IMG/VR virus record: IMGVR_UViG_3300028585_000515
Span: 1 to 44,274 of that record
Strand: one strand, 5' to 3'
DNA length: 44,274 bases
DNA from: a virus
Lineage: Duplodnaviria > Caudoviricetes
Shown: piece by piece, positions 1-6,771 of the stretch
Layout of the letters: every line of letters starts with the position of its first letter
How positions within the stretch are numbered: the stretch's first letter is position 1
Made by a program: the position numbers and the translations under genes
The notes under the pieces: model-generated
Database searches by the model: none
What the model saw: the letters and a program-made list of their open reading frames with translations, nothing else
What the model was told of the DNA's origin: nothing

Positions 1-204
1 TCAGGCGTGGGTGCGGCTGTTCATCCATTTTTCGATTTCTGACCGCTTCCAGCCGACGGCGCGGATGGAGAGGCGGTGGTTTCGGGGGAAAAGTCCGATT
101 CCCATCAGACGGTAGATGGACGGGCGACTCAGGCCGGTGCGTTCGATTACGTCCGGCAGCTTGAGCATGATTTCGGTAGCGGTAGCGGTTTCGGGGGCGG
201 GCAT
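1..204 (-). CDS. alpA: AlpA-family excisionase / transcriptional regulator
   Basis: MLKLPDVIERTGLSRPSIYRLMGIGLFP...VGWKRSEIEKW is the AlpA HTH signature; ATG at 204 is preceded by GAGGA. Confidence 0.9.
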   Translation of the reverse strand: MPAPETATATEIMLKLPDVIERTGLSRPSIYRLMGIGLFPRNHRLSIRAVGWKRSEIEKWMNSRTHA

Positions 205-247
205 CGGATCCTCTGGCGCTTTGGCGGGCGGGGTTGGGCGGCGTGGG

Positions 248-496
248 TCAGGGTGTGCGAGCGGTGATCGCTGCTTCGATGTCGAGCTGGCGCGGGTCGC
301 TTTTGGGGTGGCCGTAGCGGACGGACAGCGCGACATCGGTCCAGGTGACGTGGCCGGTCGCATCGTGATGGCGGGCGGCGGTGCCCTGGGCCTGCGGACC
401 GAACCAGCGCGCTTCGCCGTCGTGACAGGTGAAGCAGCCGGCGCGGACGTCGCGGCTGGTGGCGGTCGGGCGCGCGGAAGCCGGCCGGCGGCTCAT
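248..496 (-). CDS. Small hypothetical phage protein with CxxC/His motif
   Basis: MSRRPAS...GCFTCHDG...; ATGA overlap with the stop of the upstream gene at 493-495. Confidence 0.6.
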   Translation of the reverse strand: MSRRPASARPTATSRDVRAGCFTCHDGEARWFGPQAQGTAARHHDATGHVTWTDVALSVRYGHPKSDPRQLDIEAAITARTP

Positions 497-1146
497 GCGA
501 GCGCCTCGATCGCGCGTGTCGTCCAGAGCGACATGGCTTCGACGATGGCCGGGTCCGGATCGATCAGGATGCGTCTTCCGTCGCGGTCGTCGGGCCGACG
601 CCGCATACAACCGGCGGCGATCAAGACATCGATGTGACGCAACGCCGTGGTGGGCGGTACGGCGGCGGCGATGCAGAGGCTGCTGACGCTGACCGTCTTC
701 CCCTCGATCGTCGCGGCGACGAGATCGATCAGCATGTCCCATGCAGGATCCGCGAACAGATCCGGCAGGAACATAGCGCGGCTGCGGCGGAGGCGCTGGA
801 TTGCGCGCAGGGCTTCCGCAATGCGCTTCGGCCCGACGGGCACCGTCGGCCGCTGCGGCGCACGTGCGCTGACGCGGCTTTCGACGATCGATTCGATGAG
901 ACGGTGAATGGCGATCATGCGCGGGTCGAGCGCATCGGGCGGACGCGTCATGAGAACAGCCTCGTTCGAGACGCGGCGCGGCACAGCAATGCCAAGCCGG
1001 TCTGGCGCGGCTCCGCCCGAGGTGCGGCCGATGGCGTCGTGCTGGCGTGCGATGATGCGTTGCGCCTGCGGCCCTGACCTGTGGGCTTCACCGCAGTGAC
1101 GGATGAAGCAGCCGGCGTAGACATCGCGCAGGGTGGCGCGCGTCAT
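493..1146 (-). CDS. Winged-helix (MarR-like) DNA-binding protein; true start may be internal (about 950)
   Basis: LFADPAWDMLIDL...VSVSSLCIAAAVPPTTALRHI...DDRDGRR is the typical sphingomonad wHTH family pattern. Confidence 0.8.
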   Translation of the reverse strand: MTRATLRDVYAGCFIRHCGEAHRSGPQAQRIIARQHDAIGRTSGGAAPDRLGIAVPRRVSNEAVLMTRPPDALDPRMIAIHRLIESIVESRVSARAPQRPTVPVGPKRIAEALRAIQRLRRSRAMFLPDLFADPAWDMLIDLVAATIEGKTVSVSSLCIAAAVPPTTALRHIDVLIAAGCMRRRPDDRDGRRILIDPDPAIVEAMSLWTTRAIEALA

Positions 1147-1161
1147 GGCCGGACACTGGCG

Positions 1162-1308
1162 TCAGTGTGGGATCGCGAACAGCGTCCATGCCCCCGCGCC
1201 CGACCTGGGCGCGGGGATCCGATCCGCACGCAGATGCCCCCCGATGCGAACGGCTTCCGCCCGGGCAAGAGCAGGCGGCGCTTCGATATGATTCCGGTGA
1301 AGTGGCAT
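1162..1308 (-). CDS. 48-aa ORF directly behind the C4 a2/b2 target (Icd-like position)
   Basis: ATG at 1308 preceded by GGGGAG that overlaps the b2 site; MPLHRNHIEAPP... Confidence 0.5.
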   Translation of the reverse strand: MPLHRNHIEAPPALARAEAVRIGGHLRADRIPAPRSGAGAWTLFAIPH

Positions 1309-1314
1309 GTCGCT

Positions 1315-1349
1315 CCCCTGGTCAAAGGAGTCCGGCCACCAGTTTCCAA
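1315..1349 (-). promoter_or_regulatory. C4 target site a2-b2
   Basis: TTGGAAA (1349-1343) in the loop of a CCAG..CTGG hairpin, followed by TTGACCAGGGG overlapping the RBS; complementary to the C4 single-stranded segments. Confidence 0.75.
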
Positions 1350-1352
1350 TCT

Positions 1353-1431
1353 GGTGGCTGGACACAGCAGGTTGGAAAACCGCCGACCAAGGGAAGCGGC
1401 AGGCCGAAGCCTCCCACTATGCCCAGCCATA
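1353..1431 (-). ncRNA. C4 antisense RNA (P1/P7 c4-like)
   Basis: Minus strand folds as a 17-bp closing stem (UGGCUGGGCAUAGUGGG/CCUGCUGUGUCCAGCCA), an AGGC-UUCG-GCCU hairpin, a GCCGC-loop(CCUUGGUCG)-GCGGU hairpin and a UUUCCAA segment, with complementary sites on both sides. Confidence 0.85.
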
Positions 1432-1470
1432 ACAAAGCGCGCTCGAAATCGAGTTTCGGCGCGCCGCTGG

Positions 1471-1498
1471 CCTTGGTCGGTGCGGTTTCCAATCCGCA
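1471..1498 (-). promoter_or_regulatory. C4 target site a1-b1
   Basis: TGCGGA-TTGGAAA-CCGCA hairpin followed by CCGACCAAGG; exact complements of C4 UUUCCAA and CCUUGGUCGG. Confidence 0.8.
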
Positions 1499-1527
1499 TC
1501 ACTGCCCTTTGCGCAATGACGGGAGCG

Positions 1528-1556
1528 AGCGTGGATTTGACTACCAAGGGAGTCAA
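1528..1556 (-). promoter_or_regulatory. Putative sigma70 promoter for the C4 unit
   Basis: TTGACT-N17-CACGCT on the minus strand; overlaps the palindrome TTGACT-N8-AGTCAA (1537-1556). Confidence 0.5.
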
Positions 1557-1740
1557 GGCGTTAAGCCTTGGAATGAACGGGATTGTCCCGCATCGCGCCA
1601 ACGCATGGCAACGCATCAAGACACGCGATCGGAAACCGGTTTCCCGGATCGTCCGCGAAAGGGCTTGCCCCTGTCGGGTGCCCAGCGCGCTCCGGCACCC
1701 AAGAAGGTTCCTCCAGAGATGGATCGTCACGGCCCGCATT

Positions 1741-1983
1741 TCAGAGCAGGCCAAGCGCATTGCGGTAGGTTTCGACGAGCGCGTCCATTTCGTCGCGCGC
1801 GTCTTTTTCCATTTTGCGGAGGCGGACGATGACCTTCATGGTCGCGGGAACGAAGCCTTGCGACTTGGCCTCCACGTAAACATCCCGAATATCGTCGGCC
1901 ATGCCCTTCTTCTCTTCCTCGAGCCGCTCGATGCGTTCGATGAACAGGCGCAACTGGTCGGCGGCGACGGTGTCGTCAGCCAT
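1741..1983 (-). CDS. gapR: GapR / DUF2312 family DNA-binding protein
   Basis: AADQLRLFIERIERLEEEKKGMADDIRDVYVEAKSQGF...YRNALG matches the GapR consensus; RBS GGAGA. Confidence 0.93.
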   Translation of the reverse strand: MADDTVAADQLRLFIERIERLEEEKKGMADDIRDVYVEAKSQGFVPATMKVIVRLRKMEKDARDEMDALVETYRNALGLL

Positions 1984-2191
1984 GGGCTTTCTCCTTGGGA
2001 CATGCGGGGGCGCGGAAGATGGCCGCGTCGACGGCGGACAGATCGCCATCGGTGAAGATGCGGCAGGCCATGATGCGGGCGAGCTTGCGATCGTCGGCGA
2101 GGAGCGCGGTGATCAGTGCGACCAGCGCGTCCCGATCATCGACCTGATCGTTGTCATTATAAAATTGGCCGCTGCATCCGGGGCAGATCAT
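1976..2191 (-). CDS. Small hypothetical phage protein (N-terminal CxxC)
   Basis: MICPGCSG...; overlapping start/stop coupling with both neighbours. Confidence 0.55.
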   Translation of the reverse strand: MICPGCSGQFYNDNDQVDDRDALVALITALLADDRKLARIMACRIFTDGDLSAVDAAIFRAPACPKEKAHG

Positions 2192-2436
2192 GGCACGGCT
2201 CCAGCGACGGTCGCCCGGATCTCCGCGGCGAGATCCTGCGGTGTGACGGCATGGCCGAGCGCGCCGCCGATCAGGAGCGCGGCGGCGAACATGATCGCGC
2301 GGATCGTGCGTTCGCGCGGATCGGCGCGGACCGCGGCATGATGCATACAGCGCGGGCAATGGCAGTTCTGCGCGTGGATGCCGCGGATTGCACGCATCGG
2401 CAGCGTGGCGCGCGCCCGGCCGGCATGGCCGATCAT
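2188..2436 (-). CDS. Small membrane protein with a CHCPRC motif
   Basis: ATGA coupling; one hydrophobic helix AIMFAAALLIGGALG. Confidence 0.6.
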   Translation of the reverse strand: MIGHAGRARATLPMRAIRGIHAQNCHCPRCMHHAAVRADPRERTIRAIMFAAALLIGGALGHAVTPQDLAAEIRATVAGAVP

Positions 2437-2897
2437 GCGCGCAGGCCTTCGCCCGTGGTGCGGTTGATCGCGTGACGCATCCATGCGGCGGGCGAAACAG
2501 TGACGCTTTCCGAGCAGGCGCTGCACAGATCGTCCGCGATCCAGTGACAATTGGCCGACAGGTTGCGGACGCAGGCATCGTTCGCGCTGCACCCGCAGCC
2601 GGTGCAGATGCGCGGGTGACGATCGGCCGGTTCCTCGCAAAGCTGGCGGTAGACGAAAATGTCGAGCGGATAGACATGGCTCAGGCGCGCAATGTCCTCC
2701 GCCTCCCCGATCACGCCGTCCGTTTCCCACAGGCGCAGCAGCGTGGCGGCGAGGCTGCGGTCGGCGATGCGCGGGGCGAGCGCGGCGGCGGCGTCTTCAT
2801 GCGACAGGCCGGCGGCGGCGCGGCGCAGGCGGAGATAGGCGGCAGGCGTCATGACGACCTCATGGAAAAGGGGGGCACGGGGCGCGGGGCGGATCAT
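2433..2897 (-). CDS. HTH-like protein with a C-terminal Cys-rich zinc finger
   Basis: TPAAYLRLRRAAAGLS (XRE-like start) plus CTGCGCSANDAC...CHW..DDLCSAC; ATGA coupling. Confidence 0.7.
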   Translation of the reverse strand: MIRPAPRAPLFHEVVMTPAAYLRLRRAAAGLSHEDAAAALAPRIADRSLAATLLRLWETDGVIGEAEDIARLSHVYPLDIFVYRQLCEEPADRHPRICTGCGCSANDACVRNLSANCHWIADDLCSACSESVTVSPAAWMRHAINRTTGEGLRA

Positions 2898-3073
2898 CGG
2901 CGGTCGCCCTGGACGCGGGCGAGCGCGAGGATCGTCAGCGTCGGGATCGCGACGATCGCGCAGAGAATGATGACGACGATCGCGACCCAGCGCGGGTGCG
3001 CCTGCGCCGCGGTCAGGGCGCGATCGGGCGTGCGACCGGGCAAGCGGGCGGGATCGCGCAGACGGGGTGGCAT
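2894..3073 (-). CDS. Small membrane protein
   Basis: WVAIVVIILCAIVAIPTLTILALA transmembrane segment; AAGGAG upstream. Confidence 0.6.
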   Translation of the reverse strand: MPPRLRDPARLPGRTPDRALTAAQAHPRWVAIVVIILCAIVAIPTLTILALARVQGDRR

Positions 3074-3187
3074 CGGCACAAGCAGGCTCCTTCTTCGGAC
3101 AAGGGAGTGGCGTTCGGACAAGCGGGGGAACCGTGTCCGTCTGGTCAGGCAGAAAGGGATGCACCGGCGGCGCGAACCGCCGGCGGA

Positions 3188-3526
3188 TCAGCCCGGCGTC
3201 AGGGCAGCACCGATCGCGGCGGCCGGAATGTCCGGGCCATCGTCATTCGCCGGGATCGGCGCGTCGTCGTTCGCCGGCCGGCGCGGCCGATCCCGCAAGC
3301 GGGCGGGATTGGAAAAAGGGAGGCGGACCTCGTCGTTGCGGCAATCGCTTTCGCGCACGGTGCGGACCAGCGAGAGCTGGGCGACCAGCCGCGCGCCGCA
3401 TTCGCCGCAGTCCATGCGCAATTCGCGCACGGTGAGCGTAATCTGTTCGCTGCCGCGCACGGTCAGCCGCTCCTCGCAATGCGGGCAGGCCATGGTCGGA
3501 TGTCGAGGACGTTGGACGCGCTTCAC
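3188..3526 (-). CDS. ogr: Ogr/Delta-like zinc-finger late transcription activator
   Basis: MACPHC...RGSEQIT..VRELRMDC..CG is the Ogr/Delta pattern; GTGA overlap with the upstream gene. Confidence 0.88.
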   Translation of the reverse strand: MKRVQRPRHPTMACPHCEERLTVRGSEQITLTVRELRMDCGECGARLVAQLSLVRTVRESDCRNDEVRLPFSNPARLRDRPRRPANDDAPIPANDDGPDIPAAAIGAALTPG

Positions 3527-4020
3527 TTTCGGGTTCCCCCCAAGGATCCGGAACCGGCCACCCCGGCCGGTTTCAGGAAGGATCCGAGCCGGCGGACAAG
3601 CGTGGCCAGATGGCCCTGCGCCTGCTCGGTCTCGGTGATTGCGCGGTGGACCGCCGCGGGGCTGGCGCCCGGCGCGGTGACGACGAGCGCGTGATGAATG
3701 GCGTCGCCCACTTCCTGCGCGACGAGACCGATATCGCTGGTCAGTTGCGCGCGGCAGGGGCGCAGGTCCGACAGACGGACGTCCAGCTGCACGGCATAGC
3801 ATTCGAGGATCGGCGCACCCTCCCCGCCCGCGGCGGACCATGCGGCGTCGAGCGTCAGCGCCTGGCTGATCGTCGGCTCGCCGTCGCGGTCATCCTCGGT
3901 CCAGTACCGGACCGCGCGGACCGACCGGCCGGTGATGCGCGCGGCCTCGCCATAGCCGATCAGACCGGCGACACGGGTGGTCGCCTGCGCGAAGCTGAGC
4001 GCGGGTCGGACCTTCGTCAT
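3523..4020 (-). CDS. Phage regulatory protein in the CII position
   Basis: N-terminal HTH-like EAARITGRSVRAVRYW, C-terminal E.GD...ETEQA helices, located downstream of cro. Confidence 0.6.
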   Translation of the reverse strand: MTKVRPALSFAQATTRVAGLIGYGEAARITGRSVRAVRYWTEDDRDGEPTISQALTLDAAWSAAGGEGAPILECYAVQLDVRLSDLRPCRAQLTSDIGLVAQEVGDAIHHALVVTAPGASPAAVHRAITETEQAQGHLATLVRRLGSFLKPAGVAGSGSLGGTRK

Positions 4021-4433
4021 GCCGCCGGTCCTTCGAAAGACCCGGTTGCCGGCCGATCCGTGCCCTTTACAGTCGATCTTCCACCGATGACCGAAAGCAG
4101 CGTGCCATGGCAGTACAGATCTACCCGGTCCTCTGGCCGAACGATGAGCAATATCCGGCTTTTCGAGAAATATGTGGTGACCAGATCCCGCCAACATTGG
4201 AGGCGTATCGCTTCGCCGCGCTCGAATATGTAGAGTCGCTGGGATATGGCGGACTCTTCAAAGAAATTCCGTTCGATCTCAACGACCTCAGGCGGCTGAT
4301 CCCCGACACGGAAGGCGGGTTGAATCGCCAACGCCTCCTGCGGCTTGCCTTCATGATCTGGGAGGAAGAACGCGAACGCGTCCACGGTCGCCCGTACCGC
4401 TAGGGCGTCGGGCGCGATCGTAACGATAGTCAT
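4017..4433 (-). CDS. Possible ORF coupling cro to the CII-like gene (antisense to 4107-4403)
   Basis: ATGA overlap with the cro stop at 4430-4433 and with the next start at 4017-4020; protein not recognised. Confidence 0.35.
   Translation of the reverse strand: MTIVTIAPDALAVRATVDAFAFFLPDHEGKPQEALAIQPAFRVGDQPPEVVEIERNFFEESAISQRLYIFERGEAIRLQCWRDLVTTYFSKSRILLIVRPEDRVDLYCHGTLLSVIGGRSTVKGTDRPATGSFEGPAA
4107..4403 (+). CDS. Hypothetical 98-aa protein antisense to the early operon
   Basis: Protein-like composition (MAVQIYPVLWPNDEQYPAFREICGDQIPPTLEAY...) and lower GC than flanks. Confidence 0.6.
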   Translation: MAVQIYPVLWPNDEQYPAFREICGDQIPPTLEAYRFAALEYVESLGYGGLFKEIPFDLNDLRRLIPDTEGGLNRQRLLRLAFMIWEEERERVHGRPYR

Positions 4434-4717
4434 GCGCACGGTCCCTGCATTTCAGCGGTATGATGGAAAGCGACCGGACGGGCCGACGTCGCTAATCGCT
4501 CTGTCTCACGGGGATACAAATCGGGGCGGAGGTCATGACGGGAAACACCGGTGGCGGCTTCCGCTTTCAGGACATATTGACCCGGCAGCGCAGACCCCTT
4601 GCGGAGCAGTTGCCAGATATTGCCTTGGGTGCACCCGACGATCCGGCCGAAGGCGGTTTGTCCCCCTGCCGAATCAACAGCCTTTCGGAATGCCTCATGC
4701 GCGCGCTCATACTTCAT
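4430..4717 (-). CDS. cro: Cro-like (YdaS family) HTH regulator
   Basis: AGGQTAFGRIVGCTQGNIWQLL...TGVSRHDLRPDLY is the YdaS/Cro signature; divergent from the repressor. Confidence 0.88.
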   Translation of the reverse strand: MKYERAHEAFRKAVDSAGGQTAFGRIVGCTQGNIWQLLRKGSALPGQYVLKAEAATGVSRHDLRPDLYPRETERLATSARPVAFHHTAEMQGPCA

Positions 4718-4778
4718 GAGCAAACTCGTACTAGATAGCTAGTGTCTCATCAAGAGCATACTCCACTAGCAACCTATT
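4716..4778. promoter_or_regulatory. Four 14-bp operator-like sites between cI and cro
   Basis: ATGAGCAAACTCGT (4716), ACTAGATAGCTAGT (4730), AAGAGCATACTCCA (4752) and ACTAGCAACCTATT (4765) all share a palindromic AG-N4-CT core. Confidence 0.6.
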
Positions 4779-4801
4779 ATTTCCGGATTATCCCGTGGCA
4801 C

Positions 4802-5302
4802 ATGTCGACAACCGCTGAACGTCTGCGCCAAGCAATGGCCGATGTCGGGCTGGACCAGTCTGCGATTGCCCGCCACATTGGCGTAACCCAAGGCGCAATC
4901 AGCCTTATCCTTCTCGGTAAAACCACCCGTTCGCGATACTTGCCCGAGATCGCCCAGCTTCTGGGTGTGTCGCTCGCATGGCTGCGCGGCGAGGATGTAT
5001 CGCGTCAGCCGACGGCGAGCGAGATGCTTCCGATGGCTGCGCCCACAACGATCCGGATGGACGTCGTCCTGCCTAGTGCAACCGCGCTGACGAACATGTT
5101 CTATGGCCTGTTGGGAAGCTTCGACGAAGGGCTGCCAAGGGCTGAACTTGCGCGAGGCCTCGCTCTGCACTTGCCAGTCGCGCTCGCGCAGTTGCAAGGT
5201 CCGCTGGTCGAGACAAACCCGGAGACAGAGACGCTTCCCGAAGCCGCCGCTCCAGATCCCGCCACAGATCGTCGCGCACTGCGGTCGCAACCGCGCAAGT
5301 GA
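4802..5302 (+). CDS. cI: CI-like XRE HTH repressor with no S24 autopeptidase domain
   Basis: AERLRQAM..GLDQSAIARHIGVTQGAISLI...LGVSLAWL; 166 aa with no Ser/Lys peptidase motif. Confidence 0.85.
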   Translation: MSTTAERLRQAMADVGLDQSAIARHIGVTQGAISLILLGKTTRSRYLPEIAQLLGVSLAWLRGEDVSRQPTASEMLPMAAPTTIRMDVVLPSATALTNMFYGLLGSFDEGLPRAELARGLALHLPVALAQLQGPLVETNPETETLPEAAAPDPATDRRALRSQPRK

Positions 5303-5379
5303 CCGAACAGGATGGACAACCCAGATCACAGCCGGGGGTGGTTCGGTAAACGGGTCGCATCGCGTGGCCTGCCTTGCAT

Positions 5380-5394
5380 GTTCATGATTGGTTC
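5380..5394 (+). promoter_or_regulatory. Alphaproteobacterial LexA (SOS) box
   Basis: GTTC-ATGATTG-GTTC (GTTC-N7-GTTC), immediately after TTGCAT and 50 bp upstream of ORF 5445. Confidence 0.7.
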
Positions 5395-5444
5395 CAGTTA
5401 CGACTTAAGTCTAATGTAGGAAAATTCCTTTTCGGGGGGGCAGG

Positions 5445-6137
5445 GTGAATCGCGAATTGGCATGGCCGGGCGCTGGCCGGCTGGCGGGATGGTTGTGGAC
5501 GACGCTGGCGATCCTGTTGGCGCTGGGCGCGATGTCCGATCAGATGTATCTGGCGGTCTTCTTGCTGCTGGTCTCCGCCGGCCTGTCCGCGCCGCCGCTC
5601 CGGCCCGGTTTGGCGGGTGTCCGGATCGGAAGAAAGGCTGCGATCGGCGGCGCATGGCTGACGGCGCTGTTCGGGATGGCGGCGATCGGGATCGCAGCTG
5701 GGGACCGTCAGGCGCAGGCCGCCCACGACCCGCGCCGGGCGATAGTGATCCGCGAGACGGGCTATTATCGCCCGATCCTGAACGTCGACATCGACTTGGG
5801 CGAGGGAGCGCGGGACGCCGATGTAATTGAACGTGCTGGCGAGGCAACGGGGCGGCTGGCAAAGATGCTGACGGAACAGAACGCGGCCAGGCCCGTGAGC
5901 AAAGTGGTTGCGACGTATCTCGGGCCGCAATCGTCCGACGCGGCCGTCGGTCGCAAAGTGCTCCACCTGACGTTCGATGCACCCACGTTACGGAAAGGTC
6001 TGGCGGAAGGTCTGGACGGGGTGGGGTTGATGGGCACGGCTGATAATGGCGGACATTGGACGCCAACCAACGATGATATCATCAGCGACTATTGCGTCGC
6101 GGAGCGACGTGCAGAGGTTTTCTGCATGCGATTCTGA
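5445..6137 (+). CDS. Hypothetical membrane protein (3 N-terminal TM helices plus soluble C-terminal domain)
   Basis: Three hydrophobic stretches in aa 15-85; GTG start after GGGGG. Confidence 0.7.
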   Translation: MNRELAWPGAGRLAGWLWTTLAILLALGAMSDQMYLAVFLLLVSAGLSAPPLRPGLAGVRIGRKAAIGGAWLTALFGMAAIGIAAGDRQAQAAHDPRRAIVIRETGYYRPILNVDIDLGEGARDADVIERAGEATGRLAKMLTEQNAARPVSKVVATYLGPQSSDAAVGRKVLHLTFDAPTLRKGLAEGLDGVGLMGTADNGGHWTPTNDDIISDYCVAERRAEVFCMRF

Positions 6138-6150
6138 CGAGCAATGCCCC

Positions 6151-6178
6151 TTGACTGCTATGTGTAAATCACACATAG
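6151..6178 (+). promoter_or_regulatory. Toxin-antitoxin promoter with operator palindrome
   Basis: TTGACT (-35-like) followed by a perfect inverted repeat CTATGTGT-N5-ACACATAG just before the brnT ATG. Confidence 0.75.
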
Positions 6179-6185
6179 TCTGGCC

Positions 6186-6455
6186 ATGCAGATCGAGTTC
6201 GACCCCGCGAAAGACGCCATCAACCGGGAACGCCACGGCGTCCCGCTGGCGCTGGGCGCGGCGATCTTCGACGATGCAGATCATCTGGTGATCGCGACCG
6301 TCCGTCCCGAGGATGGCGAAGAGCGTTACAAGGTGGTCGGTCTGGTGAACGGGCGGCTTCACACCGCGGTGCATGTCATGCGCGGCGAGGCTGTCCGGTT
6401 CATATCGGTGCGCAGGAGCAACGCTGGTGAAGAAAGAGCCTATCATGGCCATTGA
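6186..6455 (+). CDS. brnT: BrnT family toxin (RelE-fold RNase)
   Basis: IEFDPAKDAINRERHGVPL...GEERYKVVG...VRFISVRRSN..E. Confidence 0.92.
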   Translation: MQIEFDPAKDAINRERHGVPLALGAAIFDDADHLVIATVRPEDGEERYKVVGLVNGRLHTAVHVMRGEAVRFISVRRSNAGEERAYHGH

Positions 6456-6720
6456 GGCCGATCCGAACGATCCGGAGGACTTCGCCGTCGACGCGGCGGC
6501 GGTGGAACGGGCGCAGATGGGGCGGACGATCCGCAAACTGCGCAACCGGTTGGGCCTGTCGCAAGATGCGTTCGCCGAACGGTACGGGATCCCTGCCGCC
6601 AATATCCGGCAATATGAGATCGGCCGGACGATGCCACCGCCGGCCGTGCGGTCCTATCTCATCGTGATCGATCGCGAACCAGAGATGGCGGCGGAGGCGC
6701 TGCACCGCGCCGCGGCGTAA
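6445..6720 (+). CDS. XRE/HigA-like HTH antitoxin
   Basis: IRKLRNRLGLSQDAFAERYGIP..NIRQYEIGR..P...YL..I..EP; overlaps brnT. Confidence 0.85.
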   Translation: MAIEADPNDPEDFAVDAAAVERAQMGRTIRKLRNRLGLSQDAFAERYGIPAANIRQYEIGRTMPPPAVRSYLIVIDREPEMAAEALHRAAA

Positions 6721-6771
6721 CGATACTAGCAGCAATAGGATTGATTAGGGTCATTGCGTTAGGCTTGTGCT

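Noticed and set aside
1-250. attL (duplicate of the tRNA-Tyr 3' end)
   Set aside because: No TGGTGGACAGGG-like copy seen in the window; it is presumably outside the left edge
350-1140. Diversity-generating retroelement TR/VR pair
   Set aside because: Mismatches are not adenine-specific and there is no reverse transcriptase in the window
1143-1760. 205-aa 'Ash-family'-like ORF (MAGHSGRLRP...FSNL..PAT)
   Set aside because: The motif is the translation of the C4 RNA structure; the TTG start overlaps gapR, and the RNA explains the conservation better
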